The position numbers and the translations under genes are program-made. From Octopus sinensis (lineage: Eukaryota), in assembly GCF_006345805.1 (NCBI RefSeq), contig NC_042999.1:114762001-114826000 (forward strand): DNA of 64,000 nt, written 5' to 3'. Every line of letters starts with the position of its first letter. The first letter of the stretch is position 1. This document shows positions 1-11,405 of this stretch, piece after piece. The notes under the pieces were generated by a model that was not told where the DNA came from, did no database searches, and saw only the letters and a program-made list of their open reading frames with translations.

Positions 1-42
1 GATAACGAGGGGGCAGCCATAAAAATATATATATATATATAT

Positions 43-76
<34 letters not shown>

Positions 77-77
77 G

Positions 78-195
78 GCCTGCTCGCTTAGCCAACGGGG
101 TGGCGTCATTCGAAGGCTAAAACAATGTGAACGCATTGTGACCAGCGATGTGTAACTACATCTGATGGACTGGTCGGTTACGTGATCACGTGATC
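78..195 (+). mobile_element. SINE family C, 3' part
   Basis: ggggtggcgtcattcgaaggctaaaacaatg...gcattgtgaccagc is the reverse complement of 9462-9520, which is joined there to a tRNA-like head. Confidence 0.55.
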
Positions 196-205
196 ACATA
201 TATAT

Positions 206-237
<32 letters not shown>

Positions 238-469
238 GGAAATAGAACTATAAATAGGGCTTCTCAGTCCAATATATACATGCTATTTATAGCTTCATGT
301 GTGCTTCGACCTTCATTCCAAAAGCGTATTATTTCACGTTCTCTACAAAGTTTATAAATTGTTATGACGTCAAAAATACATAAACATATATACATATATA
401 AAATTAAATATTAATTATAACTGAGGGTACACAAATAATAATGATATCTTTATTTATTGATATATATAG

Positions 470-502
470 ATAGATAGATAGATAGATAGACAGATAGATA
501 GG

Positions 503-595
<93 letters not shown>
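470..595. repeat. (GATA)n microsatellite
   Basis: Direct reading. Confidence 0.98.
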
Positions 596-660
596 CTATT
601 AATTATTACTGAGGGCATACGAATAATAATAATAATAATAATATCTTTATACACACACAC

Positions 661-692
<32 letters not shown>

Positions 693-805
693 ATATACAA
701 ACACACACACATGCGCGAATATACATACGTTGAAAAATAAATGAAATGGGAAATAAGGAAAGCTTCTAAGGCAGAAAGTTTAAGTAAACATACATACATT
801 CATAC

Positions 806-864
<59 letters not shown>

Positions 865-868
<4 letters not shown>

Positions 869-940
869 AATAATTGTTCCACGTCCTGCGTTGGTGTTGT
901 TTTTCTCTTTTTTTCTGTGTTTTCTTGTTTGGATTAACTA
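865..940 (+). mobile_element. 3' tail fragment of the hammerhead-bearing element at 5332-5548
   Basis: ttgttccacgtcc..cgtt..ttttctct..tgtgttt..tttggattaacta(TA)n matches 5486-5550; (TA)n on both sides. Confidence 0.7.
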
Positions 941-985
<45 letters not shown>

Positions 986-1568
986 GAATATATAGCCTGA
1001 GAGAGATGTACATGTGTGTGTGTGTGCGTGCGGGGATGGGTGAGCACGCGCTCATGTGAATCCGTATATGCATTTATGTTGTTTAACATAACATTGCTTG
1101 TTGATACAAGACCAGCATTTAATCGAAGTGGTAACTTAGCTAATCGACAGAACATTGAACGGCATATAATTTATCAGACTGGAATATGTACTTGTTCGTT
1201 TATGATCGCCGAAATAACACTCAAGGGCAGCGCCCTTAGTATGGCTATAATGACTCAAAACAACACCCGGTTAGTAGAATTTAGAACTGTATAGGACCAT
1301 GTCACTTTTCTTTTTAAGTCGATGAGTGTGATATGAAGGAGACTTCGCTGCTGCTTCTAATAGGTTGTGAGACCACAAACACTGTTCTTCGTTGACACGT
1401 CATAGGGTGGTACATCGTAGATTCCGATTTAGTCCATGAGAGATGACCTATTTGATGAGTGCCAACAAGTTAACTGTAACATTAGATTTGAAAGCAGTTT
1501 AAACGGAATTATAGTTTCAATAACGAGAAGCCACTTGACTAATCTCTCCCCCTCTCACACTAGGAACT

Positions 1569-1663
<95 letters not shown>

Positions 1664-1685
1664 CTTGTCTACCTATCTATCTATT
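1569..1685. repeat. (TATC)n microsatellite
   Basis: Direct reading. Confidence 0.98.
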
Positions 1686-1749
1686 AAACAAATAAATTGA
1701 TTGATAAAAGGATGGGTTTATGAATAATTAGGTAGATAGAAAGATAGAT

Positions 1750-2148
1750 AAGTTTCTTTATTGGCCACACAGGGCTGCACACAGATGGGACAAGTTACAA
1801 GGTAGAGCTTTTCTTTTGGGGGATGAAAAAAAACAAAAAACAAAAAAAAAGAAACAAAAAAATGGTGGCATAAGTTTTCGATCAAAAGGGATCGTAAAAG
1901 GGGAAAAAAAGAACAAAAAATAAAATTTTAAAATTTATAAAAAAATAAAAAAAGGAAAAGGAACAAAAGAAAAGAGAAATGAAAAAAAGAAGAAAAAAGG
2001 GGAAAAAAGGGGAAGAGGAAAAAAAACGATCAATAAGGATCGTGTATCACAGTGTTATGATGTATGGTGTAAAGGGGAAAGCAAGTAAGGTTTATCCGTG
2101 GGAAGAAAAGCCTACGAAAAAGACCACGGTAACCTTGGTCAATATTGT

Positions 2149-2150
<2 letters not shown>
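1750..2150 (-). mobile_element. 3' end of a putative LINE that ends in AATAAAGAAAC-(TATC)n, copy 1
   Basis: Three related copies within 1.5 kb. Minus strand reads [26 protein letters not shown]..., then a T-rich 3' region, a polyA signal and (TATC)n. Confidence 0.7.
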
Positions 2151-2185
<35 letters not shown>

Positions 2186-2343
2186 ATGGATGGATGGATA
2201 GATGGATGGATGGGTGGGTGGATGGATGAATGGATAGATAAATAGATATATAGATAGATAGAGAGAGAGATGAATGGATAGATGGATGGATGGATGGGTG
2301 GGTGGGTGGATGGATGAATGAATAGATAAATAGATAGATAGAT

Positions 2344-2533
2344 AAGTTTCTTTATTGGCCACACAGGGCTGCACACAGATGGGACAAGTTACAAGGTAGA
2401 GCTTTTCTTTTGGGGGATGAAGAGAACAAAAAACAAAAGAAAAAAAAGGGGTGGCGTAGGTTTTCGATCAAGAGGGATCGTAAAAGGGGAGAAAAGAACA
2501 AAAAACAAAAAAAAAATTGAATAAAATAAAAGG
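2344..2533 (-). mobile_element. (TATC)n-linked element, 5'-truncated copy 2
   Basis: Nearly identical to 1750-1905; (GATA)n on both sides. Confidence 0.75.
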
Positions 2534-2534
<1 letters not shown>

Positions 2535-2600
<66 letters not shown>

Positions 2601-2735
2601 GATATAGATAGATTGATTGATAGATCAGTATCACTCTAATTATGTATACATTTTGGTAGCTAAATAGCTTGATAAGTACCTAGCTAGCTTGCTCTGTAAA
2701 TATCTATCTAGGTAAATAGCAGGCTCTATAACTTC

Positions 2736-2817
<82 letters not shown>
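2535..2817. repeat. (GATA)n and (TATC)n tracts in inverted arrangement around a ~110-bp spacer
   Basis: Direct reading. Confidence 0.9.
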
Positions 2818-2818
<1 letters not shown>

Positions 2819-2944
2819 AAAAAAGATGGGTGAATGTAGCAAGGATGGCAAGTATGAATGACGAAGCCACCTTGACTATGATTCTATGAACCGTAAAAAT
2901 TAATACAGAGAGTTGCTTATTTGCAACAAAAAAAAAAGAAATAT

Positions 2945-3275
2945 AACATGTGACTTCATTGACCGAGGTTACCGTGGTCTTTTCCGTAGGCTTTTCTTTC
3001 CACGGGTAAACCTCACCTGTTCTCCCCTTTACACTTCACATTGACATTTCTGTGATAACGATCCCTATTGATCAATTTTTTTTCTCTCCCCCCACCTTTT
3101 TTTTTTTTATTAACCCCTCCCTTTTTTTTAGTCCTCTTCCTTTCCTTTTACGATCCCTTTTGATCGAAAACCACCACTCCCTTTTTTTACCCCCAAAAGA
3201 AAAGCTCTACCTTGTAATTTGTTCTATCTGTGTGCAGCCCTGTGTGGCTAATAAAGAAACATATCTATCTATCTA
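2945..3275 (+). mobile_element. (TATC)n-linked element, copy 3
   Basis: [26 protein letters not shown] frame, ends gtggctaataaagaaaca-tatctatctatc. Confidence 0.75.
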
Positions 3276-3796
3276 TCGAAGTTACTGATTATTGCTGATA
3301 TCTAGTGGTATATCCAGCTCTAAACTTGCATAATTCTGTCAATACTACTCGGTATCTATTTATTTTTATAATGATCTCTCTATATATGACAATAAAGTCA
3401 TTTACAGTACTGTAAGCTAATTTTATGGCTTTCTTTACATGAGAAAAACTGGTCGTATCAAAGAATCTTTACTGAATGTCCGATTTAACAACACCGGCTC
3501 ACTTAGACCTGTAGTCATCCCCGTTAATTTTCCGCATCTTAAGGGAAGATTATACATTATGGTGTTGTGTCTCGGCGTCGTTGAGAACAACACGTGATCT
3601 ACCTTAGAACCAGCTCTTGCAGTTGTTATCAATAACTAATTTACATTCTGTTAAAATGCAGCTTCTTCCACGCACACATCGTAATCCACCAACCAGTGAT
3701 GTAACCCTGTTCTAAAGTTAGTGGGAGTGTGCACATAAAAAATACACATACCAAACAATGTTAACTCATTTCTCTTATATAAAGAAATAAATGCGT

Positions 3797-4020
3797 CCTT
3801 TTAAAGCCTAGCCAGGCTCATGGGCCTGGTTTCCCGGTTTCTATAGACGAGACGCCAGTCTATCGCAGCGTTACTCATTTTTGCCAGCTGAGTGGACTGG
3901 AGCAACGTGAAATGAAGTGTTTTGCTCAAGAACACAACGCGTCGCCCGGTCCAGAAATCGAAATCATAATCTTACGATCAAGATGCTGACACCCTAACCC
4001 CTAAGCCACGCGCCTCCACC
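3797..4020 (-). mobile_element. tRNA-derived SINE family C (CORE-like central domain)
   Basis: Minus strand: ggcgcgtggcttaggggttagg (A box), degenerate B box, then ttgagcaaaacacttcatttcacgttgctccagtccactcagctggcaaaaatgagt; homologous to 36895-37040. Confidence 0.8.
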
Positions 4021-4599
4021 ATTTCTCTTATATTGCACAAAATATTTTCATTAATTATAATATACGTAATTGTATTCAACATCATTAATTTCACGTTTCA
4101 ATAATAATGTGTGAAACTTACAACTATTGGCATAGGTGTGACGTGAGAAAAATGAACCTCCGTGGGATCGTCCAGTGTCGAGAGGTTATGACATCAGGGT
4201 TTATTTTAGTTCTTCAGTGGCCACCAACACATCACAGGAAATTGAGCAGACAGTTTAAAAACAGGAGAGGTGGGTCAAATAAATTTAATGACTCCGAGAC
4301 CATGCGATTAACAAAGAAAAAAAAAGGAAGAAAAGAAAAAGAGATTCGACTTTTATTGTACAAGTGAACTAAAGAGTTAAAAGCAAATTGTTGAAAAGGC
4401 GCCAATTTTGAAAAATGTACTCGGCGGGGAACGGTCGCCCCCACCCCACTCGCTCCCATATTCGCTACGTCACTGCCATCAACTGTCTTTTATTCATACA
4501 CCCCGATACATGGCACCACCAAACCGCTACACACTGGGATGTCTTGCACATACCAACTACTAACACCTTACATTAGTTGAACCAACAAGGGAGCTTATA

Positions 4600-4790
4600 C
4601 GTGTCCACCCTACCTACTTGAAATAACAGACAAATCTCCCTCAAATCAAGTAACATCGACTTAGAAAAGCAAACATTTATTTATTATTCTACGATAAAAG
4701 TGGGTAAAAATGAGATGTTTATGGCTGGAATGCCTTCAGTCATAAATGTGCTTGATAAGGGCTGACCCGAAGCTAACCAACGAAAACGAA
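4600..4790 (+). mobile_element. Old interspersed repeat 3' end with an (AAC)-type tail
   Basis: aaatctccctcaaatca...ggctggaatgcc...agggctgacc; related pieces near 13105-13150, 28600-28790, 40095-40260 and 55870-55940. Confidence 0.45.
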
Positions 4791-5263
4791 TTTACTTGAC
4801 TCACCGTAATTCGTACTCGGCCTTCCTTATACATTACTTAAATCTCTGCTCAATCATATATAAAAGCATCTCACATATACTTCACCGGCTCTCACTGCCA
4901 TCAATAACACACAGACTTCAGTTTTCCACTCACACTGGTTATTTATTCATATATGTATTTATTTATTTCCCTTATCATCATTATTTGCCTTTTGTGCAAA
5001 GCTAGATACACTTGTTTTGCTGAAAACGCAACTTCCTGACACGACTACTTCCAGCATACTATTCAAGCTTGTCACATCCCTTAAAGAAGCACCAACTCTT
5101 TTCTTTCGCCCTTTTTGTTCCCGTTTGCTCGCTATATTGACTAATGACTCCTGTCCGAAACGTTTACTTTTCGTTAATTAAATTGCCTTGATATTTTGTT
5201 CGTGTTTTTGATTGTTTTTATCAATTTAACTTTGTTCGTGGACATTTACTTTGTGTGTACGCA

Positions 5264-5331
<68 letters not shown>

Positions 5332-5336
<5 letters not shown>

Positions 5337-5548
5337 ATGTGACCCCATGTATATCGTTGGCGATTTTTTCCTCTGTCTTCCCTTCCTTGGATCTTTCCTT
5401 TTTCTATGTTTCTGACGAAGAGCTCCACTTGAAACGTTAAATCCTCCTTCTTCCTTTCCTTTCCTGAGCATTCAATAACACTATACTTGTTACACGTCCT
5501 CGCGTTGTTGCGTTTTCTCTTTGTGTTTTCATTTTTGGATTAACTATA
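5332..5548 (+). mobile_element. ~215-bp Penelope-pLTR-like or retrozyme-like monomer between (TA)n tracts
   Basis: Central hammerhead-like core; the 3' half recurs at 865-940; (TA)n at 5269-5330 and 5546-5575. Confidence 0.55.
5408..5442 (+). ncRNA. Minimal type I hammerhead ribozyme-like motif, slightly decayed
   Basis: GTTT-CTGACGA-A-GAG(ctcca)CTT-GAAA-CG-TT-AAAT: intact CUGANGA and GAAA cores, 4-bp stem I, 3-bp stem II, palindromic AACGTT helix III. Confidence 0.6.
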
Positions 5549-5796
5549 TATATATATATATACATATGTATATATGTAGAGACATATATACATATTGTAT
5601 GTATTGTGTGTGTGTGTATGTGTCCTTAGACCGAACTGTACTGAACGTCAGTTTATCCACGTCGTCGTGACAACCTCTGAGCAGAAAACGTTTACAATGG
5701 AGACTTTCTGTACCAAGCTTATGCCCCCATTACAAACCTTTTCATTTACACGGCCCTGGGACCGACTAGAATTTTCATTTGAATGACAATGAGGAG

Positions 5797-5965
5797 GCCG
5801 TAATCAGTCCATCATAAAAGAATCGGGTCCAAACCTTAGCAGGTACTTTATTTTATCGACCCTGAAATGATGAAAGTTAACCGTGGATGGTTTCGAACTC
5901 AAAAGGGAAAGAGTCGAAACCAATACTGCAATGTTTCTTGTCTTTTTGACGAGTCTCCCAATCGA
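5797..5965 (-). mobile_element. SINE family A, old copy
   Basis: gtactttattttatcgaccctgaaatgatgaaag..ttcgaactc is the reverse complement of the family-A core. Confidence 0.65.
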
Positions 5966-5999
5966 CTGACTCACAAACATACACAGCCATTCAAAATAT

Positions 6000-6245
6000 G
6001 TGTACGCGCGCGCGAGTGTGTGTTGTGTGTGTGTGTGTGCGTGCGCGCGCGCGCGAGTGTGTGTTGTGTGTGTGTGTGTGTGCGTGCGCGCGCGCGGACC
6101 AGCGGGCATGTGTCTGCAAATATATACAGACAAGTACACACACATATGAATGTATGTATCATACACACATACACACCACACACACACACACACATACATA
6201 AACACATACATACATAACATACATACATACATACATACATACATA
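6000..6245. repeat. Compound (GT)/(CG)/(CA)/(TACA) microsatellite
   Basis: Direct reading. Confidence 0.9.
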
Positions 6246-6509
6246 AATAAATGCAAATTTCTTATAGACCTGCTTGAACATAAAGTCCCTCACCGTGTAT
6301 AAATGAATACAGAAACTATGAAAAGCTATATTTCGTTATAGCATTCACTTTCCCATACCATTGCACCATTAATAACCGATTTGAGATAAACTGCATCTCT
6401 ACGCATTCTATCTTTGAATTAGAAAGCAATAAAAGTTTTGGAATCAGTAAATGTTGTTGTTTTTTTAGTTTTTCACTAAAAGGTTATTGATTATTTAAGG
6501 TCATTCTAA

Positions 6510-6725
6510 AAGCGGCAAGCTGGCAGAATCATCAGCACCCCGGGTAAAATGCTTAGCAGCATTTAGTCCGTCTTTACGCTTTGAGTTCAAATTCCGCTGA
6601 GATCGACTTTGCTTTTCATCTTTTCGGGGTCGATAAAATAAGTATCAGTTGAGTACTGGAGTCAATATAATCGACACACCGCCTCCCCCGAAATTTCTGG
6701 TCGTGTGCCACAATTTGAATTCATT
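6510..6725 (+). mobile_element. tRNA-derived SINE family A
   Basis: gcggcaagctggcagaatc (A box), gagttcaaattccg (B box), gatcgactttgcttttcatcttttcggggtcgataaaataagta core; more than 15 copies in the window. Confidence 0.9.
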
Positions 6726-8099
6726 ATGTAAGGTTATTCTAAGTATGAGTTATTAGGGTATGAGTAAGTATGAGTAACTCTATGTCACGCCGAGGAGGTC
6801 CCATACGACCGAATGTCTCGAGTTGTCACCCTACATACCAATAAGAGTAAATTTTCACTGTACGCTCTCCCCTTCACATTCAATGTTTAATTAATTTGAA
6901 TTTTGGAGCTGTCTTTTCTTTTGACAGGAATTATCCTTAATGCTAATTATTTTTCTTTACATTACAGATGTAATTTTAATTAATTAAACATTTTCTTTTT
7001 GGCTCACTACACTATGTGTGTCCCACCCCTTCTGCCACCTACTTAAGTAATTGAACACTAATAATTATTTATATTCCAGCTACTAATAGCTTGTTCTATC
7101 TGTTGGCCAGCAGACACATCTTTGAACAGAATCAGCCACCGAACACATCAGTGTTAATAAACAATTTAATAACTTTAACTTGATTCAATTACAATTGATA
7201 TGGCGACCGTTCATAGTTAATATATTCCAGTTAACGTGCGGATTCAAGCTGTTCTGTTGGTTCGTCTCCAAATTTTGCACAGTTGGCAAAGCATATTGTT
7301 GACAATGACAGCGCAAAGCTATCGGCACTATAAACTTTATACGTGTGCAGATCTAATTTAAATGTATTCAACCGCCAGTCGGAATTAGCTCGATCACGTG
7401 ATAAGTTTTTTGTGTAACGCAGTGCATAAAGTCGGTCGATTACTTTCTCATGAATTTTTTATTCGCGTTTTCTGATCTTTATATTTATATTTTTATTTCA
7501 TTTATATCTATATATGTCTGTATATTTTTGTGTGCGTGTGCGCATGCGTGTGTGCATGTGTATTTCTTTTTTTATTAAACTTCTTTGTTTCTGTATCACT
7601 CTACAAAGAACACACATTAACTAGCATTATTCTCATCAATACACTCCAGCAATCTAAAGGAAGATGTTAATAGAGGAATATTAAATAAGAAGCTGATGAT
7701 ATTTCAAGCACCATTACACGAAAACCATGGAAGCAAACTACATTAAATTTCTTGGCCAACCTTTGATATTTACTTGCTTGTGAGCAGCCGTACACTTTGA
7801 GCAGGAAGTTGACACCGCCGGGATCGTTTATCTCGGCACCTTTGGTTAGTATATTTGCTCATTTGCCACATCATTTAGAAAAGAAGGAAAAGCAGCATCA
7901 GCAGAGACAGTCAAGAGACTGGAATAGAATACATGAAGAAGTTGAGGGTTGGTGTGGGGGCTGTTTAACAAGCTCAAGTACGTTCATGATTTAACAGGTA
8001 TTTCATTAGGGACTAAACTTTGATCAAATATGGATAACGTAAATCTTTCTAGATGTAACACTGTTCTATCAAAACTGAATTTAGGAAGAACGTTGATGT

Positions 8100-8575
8100 A
8101 AATAACGATCACACTCGATGTTGCACGCGCATGTGTGTGTGTATGTGTGTGCGTGCATGTTCATATATGTGTCTGTGTGTGTGCGCGTGCATGTGCATAT
8201 GTGTGTGCACGCGCGTGCATTTTCATACGTGTATGTGTGTGCATGCATTTTGATACGTCTGTGTGTGCATACATGTGCATATGTGCATACATGTGCATAA
8301 GTACATACGTGTTTGTGCATGTGCATACGTCTTTGTGCATGTGCATATATACATATGTAAATGTGCATACATATTTATCTGTATGTGAGTATGCGTGTAC
8401 ATACGTATAAGAGCACATGTGTGTATATACGTATATACATGCGTGTATTTACGTATAAGAGCACATGTGCGTATACGGCTATACAAATCCGTGTGTGTAT
8501 ATGTGTATGCGGGTATACATATGTAAGTGTATATACATATTTGTGTATAATGATATATCATAATGATATATATAC
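8100..8575. repeat. Degenerate alternating purine-pyrimidine tract (GT/CATG/TACG)
   Basis: Direct reading. Confidence 0.85.
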
Positions 8576-8621
8576 TCTGATTTAAAGAGACATTTCTTAT
8601 CTAAATGACTGAAAAAGATAA

Positions 8622-8854
8622 TGAGCTAACTCCAACTAGAATCGAACCCACAAATCAATGCTTGCGCATTTGATTGAGCCTGAGCAGTCATCCCTAAATT
8701 TCAGTCAAATTTAATGTATAGAAACGTAACTCTCTAGAATCGCTTGTAATTCTAAACAAACCCGAATGCTTAATAAGTTACGGAGATAAAGCTAGTACTA
8801 AAGGTGCCATATAAGCGTTGGTTTATGGGTTCGATTCTAGTTGAAGTTAGCTCA
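8622..8854. repeat. Fold-back element with 42-bp inverted arms, each containing a Pol III B box
   Basis: 8622-8663 versus 8813-8854 match at 38/42; GGTTCGATTC in each arm. Confidence 0.75.
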
Positions 8855-9094
8855 CCATTTTTTTCAATCAACTGTTTAAATAAAAAAAAATATCGCGTTA
8901 ATTCGGAGTATATATATTATTATGATATATTATTATATAATTATTATTGTATAAAAAATGACTTTAATAGTCGCCTTATTTCCGTAACTTATCAAGCCTC
9001 CAGGTTTGTGTACAAATATTATATACGCATATTATTTACAAATATTATTATACGCAGAGATACCTGGCCTTGCTCGGGATTAAAATGGCATTGT

Positions 9095-9383
9095 CTTTTT
9101 ATTATTTTACTTGTTTCAGTCATGTGACTGCGACCATGCTGCAGTACGGCCGTTGCTCAAACAAATCCACCACAGGATTTATCCTTTGCAAACCTAGTAC
9201 TTATTCCATCAGAGTCTTTTGCCGAAGCGCTAAGTTATAGGACGTAAGCACAGCAACATCGGTTGTCAAGCAATTATGGGATACAAACATAGATACACAC
9301 ACACACACAAATATACACATATACAAGACAGTCTTCTATCAGCTTCCGTGTACTAAATACACAAGGTTTTGGTCGGCCTGAGG

Positions 9384-9390
<7 letters not shown>
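9095..9390 (-). mobile_element. SINE family B (internal CA/GT microsatellite), headless copy
   Basis: ttttacttgtttcagtca..gaccatgctg..cctagtacttatt..ctaagtta..aacatcggttgtcaagc..ttggtcggcctgaggctata is the reverse complement of 23720-24105. Confidence 0.8.
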
Positions 9391-9426
<36 letters not shown>

Positions 9427-9454
9427 CACATACACACAATATGTATATATATCC

Positions 9455-9660
9455 ATATATTGCTGGTCACAATGCGCTTTTCATCGTTTTAGCCTTCGAA
9501 TGACGCCACCCCACTGGCTAGGCAAACAGTCCAATATCCGCCCCACTCGATCGAAAGCGGGGGACTGGAGTAAAAACACAACACGCTGTCCGGTCTGGGA
9601 ATCGAACCCACGATCTAGCAATCGTGAATGCAACGGCCTAATCACTAGGCCACGCGCCTA
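9455..9660 (-). mobile_element. SINE family C
   Basis: Minus strand tRNA-like head aggcgcgtggcctagtgattagg...gggttcgattcccagaccggacagcgtgttgtg. Confidence 0.8.
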
Positions 9661-9954
9661 ATATTTATATATTATATATTAGAACATCTATTTTCAAAAT
9701 TTGCCAACGATAGCATTGGTGTACACATGGTCGATGCTTTGGTAGTGTTATACAATTGTGATGGCCATCACAATTAGGAACAGTTGTTTCTATCTTAAAT
9801 TCTTTGGGGCTTAAACTCTCAAATGATGCTAACCTTACTAGGACTGACTTTTTAGACGTTCTCTGAGACCTCAAAACTAATTTCTATAAGCCCTTTTAAA
9901 AGCCTAAGAGAATCTAAAATATAAATGAACGTTCCTGCCACCCCCACCCCATTG

Positions 9955-10505
9955 TATATAAAAACCTAATTCCAAACATTAGACGCAGAATTACACGTCT
10001 TTATTCTTCTAAAGAAATATTTGAAAAGCTCACCATATTATTATAAGGCTCTACAAGATAGCATCTTTACTGATAAAATATTTTATAACCCTTCACCACT
10101 TCAGTCAGCTGGTCGTGAGAATAGGTCTCAAAGTTTTATGGTTCCCCTCCCCGTTAGAAGAAATTTAAGTAAAATATTCCTACATTTATTTGATATTCAC
10201 TTATCTAGCAGCCATAGATACAGAAAGATATTTAATAGACACACGATTAAAAATATTTTTTTCTTTTTCCCACCCCGTGTAAAGACCTATTTCAATAAAT
10301 AGCCGACGACTCGAAACTGCCCTGGATGCATATGCAGAGATAAATGTAAATGTCTTCTAGGGCTGGAATGCGATATATCTTCCATTGTTTATGTAACACA
10401 GGTATCAGCAAAGTATGACGATCGCCGAACAGAGATTGAGCGCTACAATGGATCAATGGAACGAAAAGTTACATCCAGATATAACAACCATGTTTCGACC
10501 TTTAG
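9955..10505 (+). pseudogene. Penelope-like element fragment: RT C-terminal linker, Cys motif and N-half of the GIY-YIG endonuclease
   Basis: Hand translation: IPNIRRRITRLYSSKEIF / SPYYYKAL...SKIFLHLFDIH...YRKIFNRHTIK / CICRDKCKCLLGLECDISSIVY..SAKYDDRRTEIERYNGSMERKVTSRYNNHVSTF; matches the PLE pattern CNCRxxxxCPLxGxC..SIVY..YIG..RYNNH. Confidence 0.8.
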
Positions 10506-11146
10506 CATTAATGTGTGTGCGTGTGTATCTATCTATTTATCTATCTATAAATATATGTGCGTGTATGCATGCATATATATGTGTGAGTGTATGTGTACAC
10601 ACACACGCGCATATATTGGAAATTAAAGACGAAAATAAACTTTAACTTCAAATGGAAATACTTTCCAGACGAAACCCTAAATTTACAAGTGAAAAAGATC
10701 TTCGATGTGTTCACTCGAAAGACTGTGCCTGTTAAAGAACTTAAGAACCTGCAAAGACTGTAAAAATTCCAAGAACGAGATTTTTTCTTTATGTCCGCGT
10801 TTTAAAAATACATCTTCGTAGGATTTAAAGACAGACCGACGAACACATTTTAAAATATTCTTATTTGGTTTACGTATTTTTGATATACATGAGTTGTTGC
10901 AACATAGTTTATCTCCCTGTGTTTTTCTATCTGTTTTTCTTTCTGTCTTTTCGTTTAGTTTCCACTTAAATGTCATTTGATTTGAACGCAGCTTACAAAC
11001 CGTCTTGTTTTTATCAGCTTGAAAAATGGCGAAATAAATTGACATTTCGACTAAGAAACCCTGGGTATCTGTATTTTCGTTACAATGTTATATGTATATA
11101 TATGTGTGTGTGTGTGGTGTGTGTGTGTGGTGTGTGTGTGTGTGTG

Positions 11147-11290
11147 TACGAGGTATACTGAAAAGTTCCTTGCTTTGGGTAAAAGAAAATGCAGGAGGAT
11201 CAGTTAATTATGATTTTACTCAACATATTCCCCTCTCAGATTCACACCTATTGCAGCGGCCATTCACTTGTGGTAAGTCCTGTAAAAGAA
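11147..11290. mobile_element. Truncated mariner-type MITE end
   Basis: TA-cgaggtatactgaaaagttcc resembles the mariner TIR at 27925-27955. Confidence 0.5.
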
Positions 11291-11405
11291 CTCGGATTTG
11301 GGCCACGTGAAGCGAAGTGTTGGCACAAGAACACAATACAGTACCTCGTTCAGTAATCGAAACTGCAATATTGCGACCGCGTGTGCAACACTCTAACCAA
11401 TTGCC
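11290..11405 (-). mobile_element. SINE family C, degraded head
   Basis: cacaagaacacaa...aatcgaaac...caacactctaacca matches the 3920-4005 pattern. Confidence 0.55.

Noticed and set aside
4400-4475. hAT MITE ending gctacgtcactg
   Set aside because: No matching left TIR or TSD was found upstream
4751-4775. Hammerhead-like TTGATAA-GGGctgaCCC-GAAG
   Set aside because: Both cores are wrong, there is no stem I or III, and it is explained by decay of the (AAC)-tailed repeat end
5141-5170. Hammerhead-like CTAATGA...GAAACGTT
   Set aside because: Stem II and stem I cannot form; it could be a very old PLE motif but is not supportable from this copy
7797-7994. 65-aa ORF or exon in unique sequence
   Set aside because: No consistent open frame between a credible acceptor and the donor near 7998, and no recognisable protein
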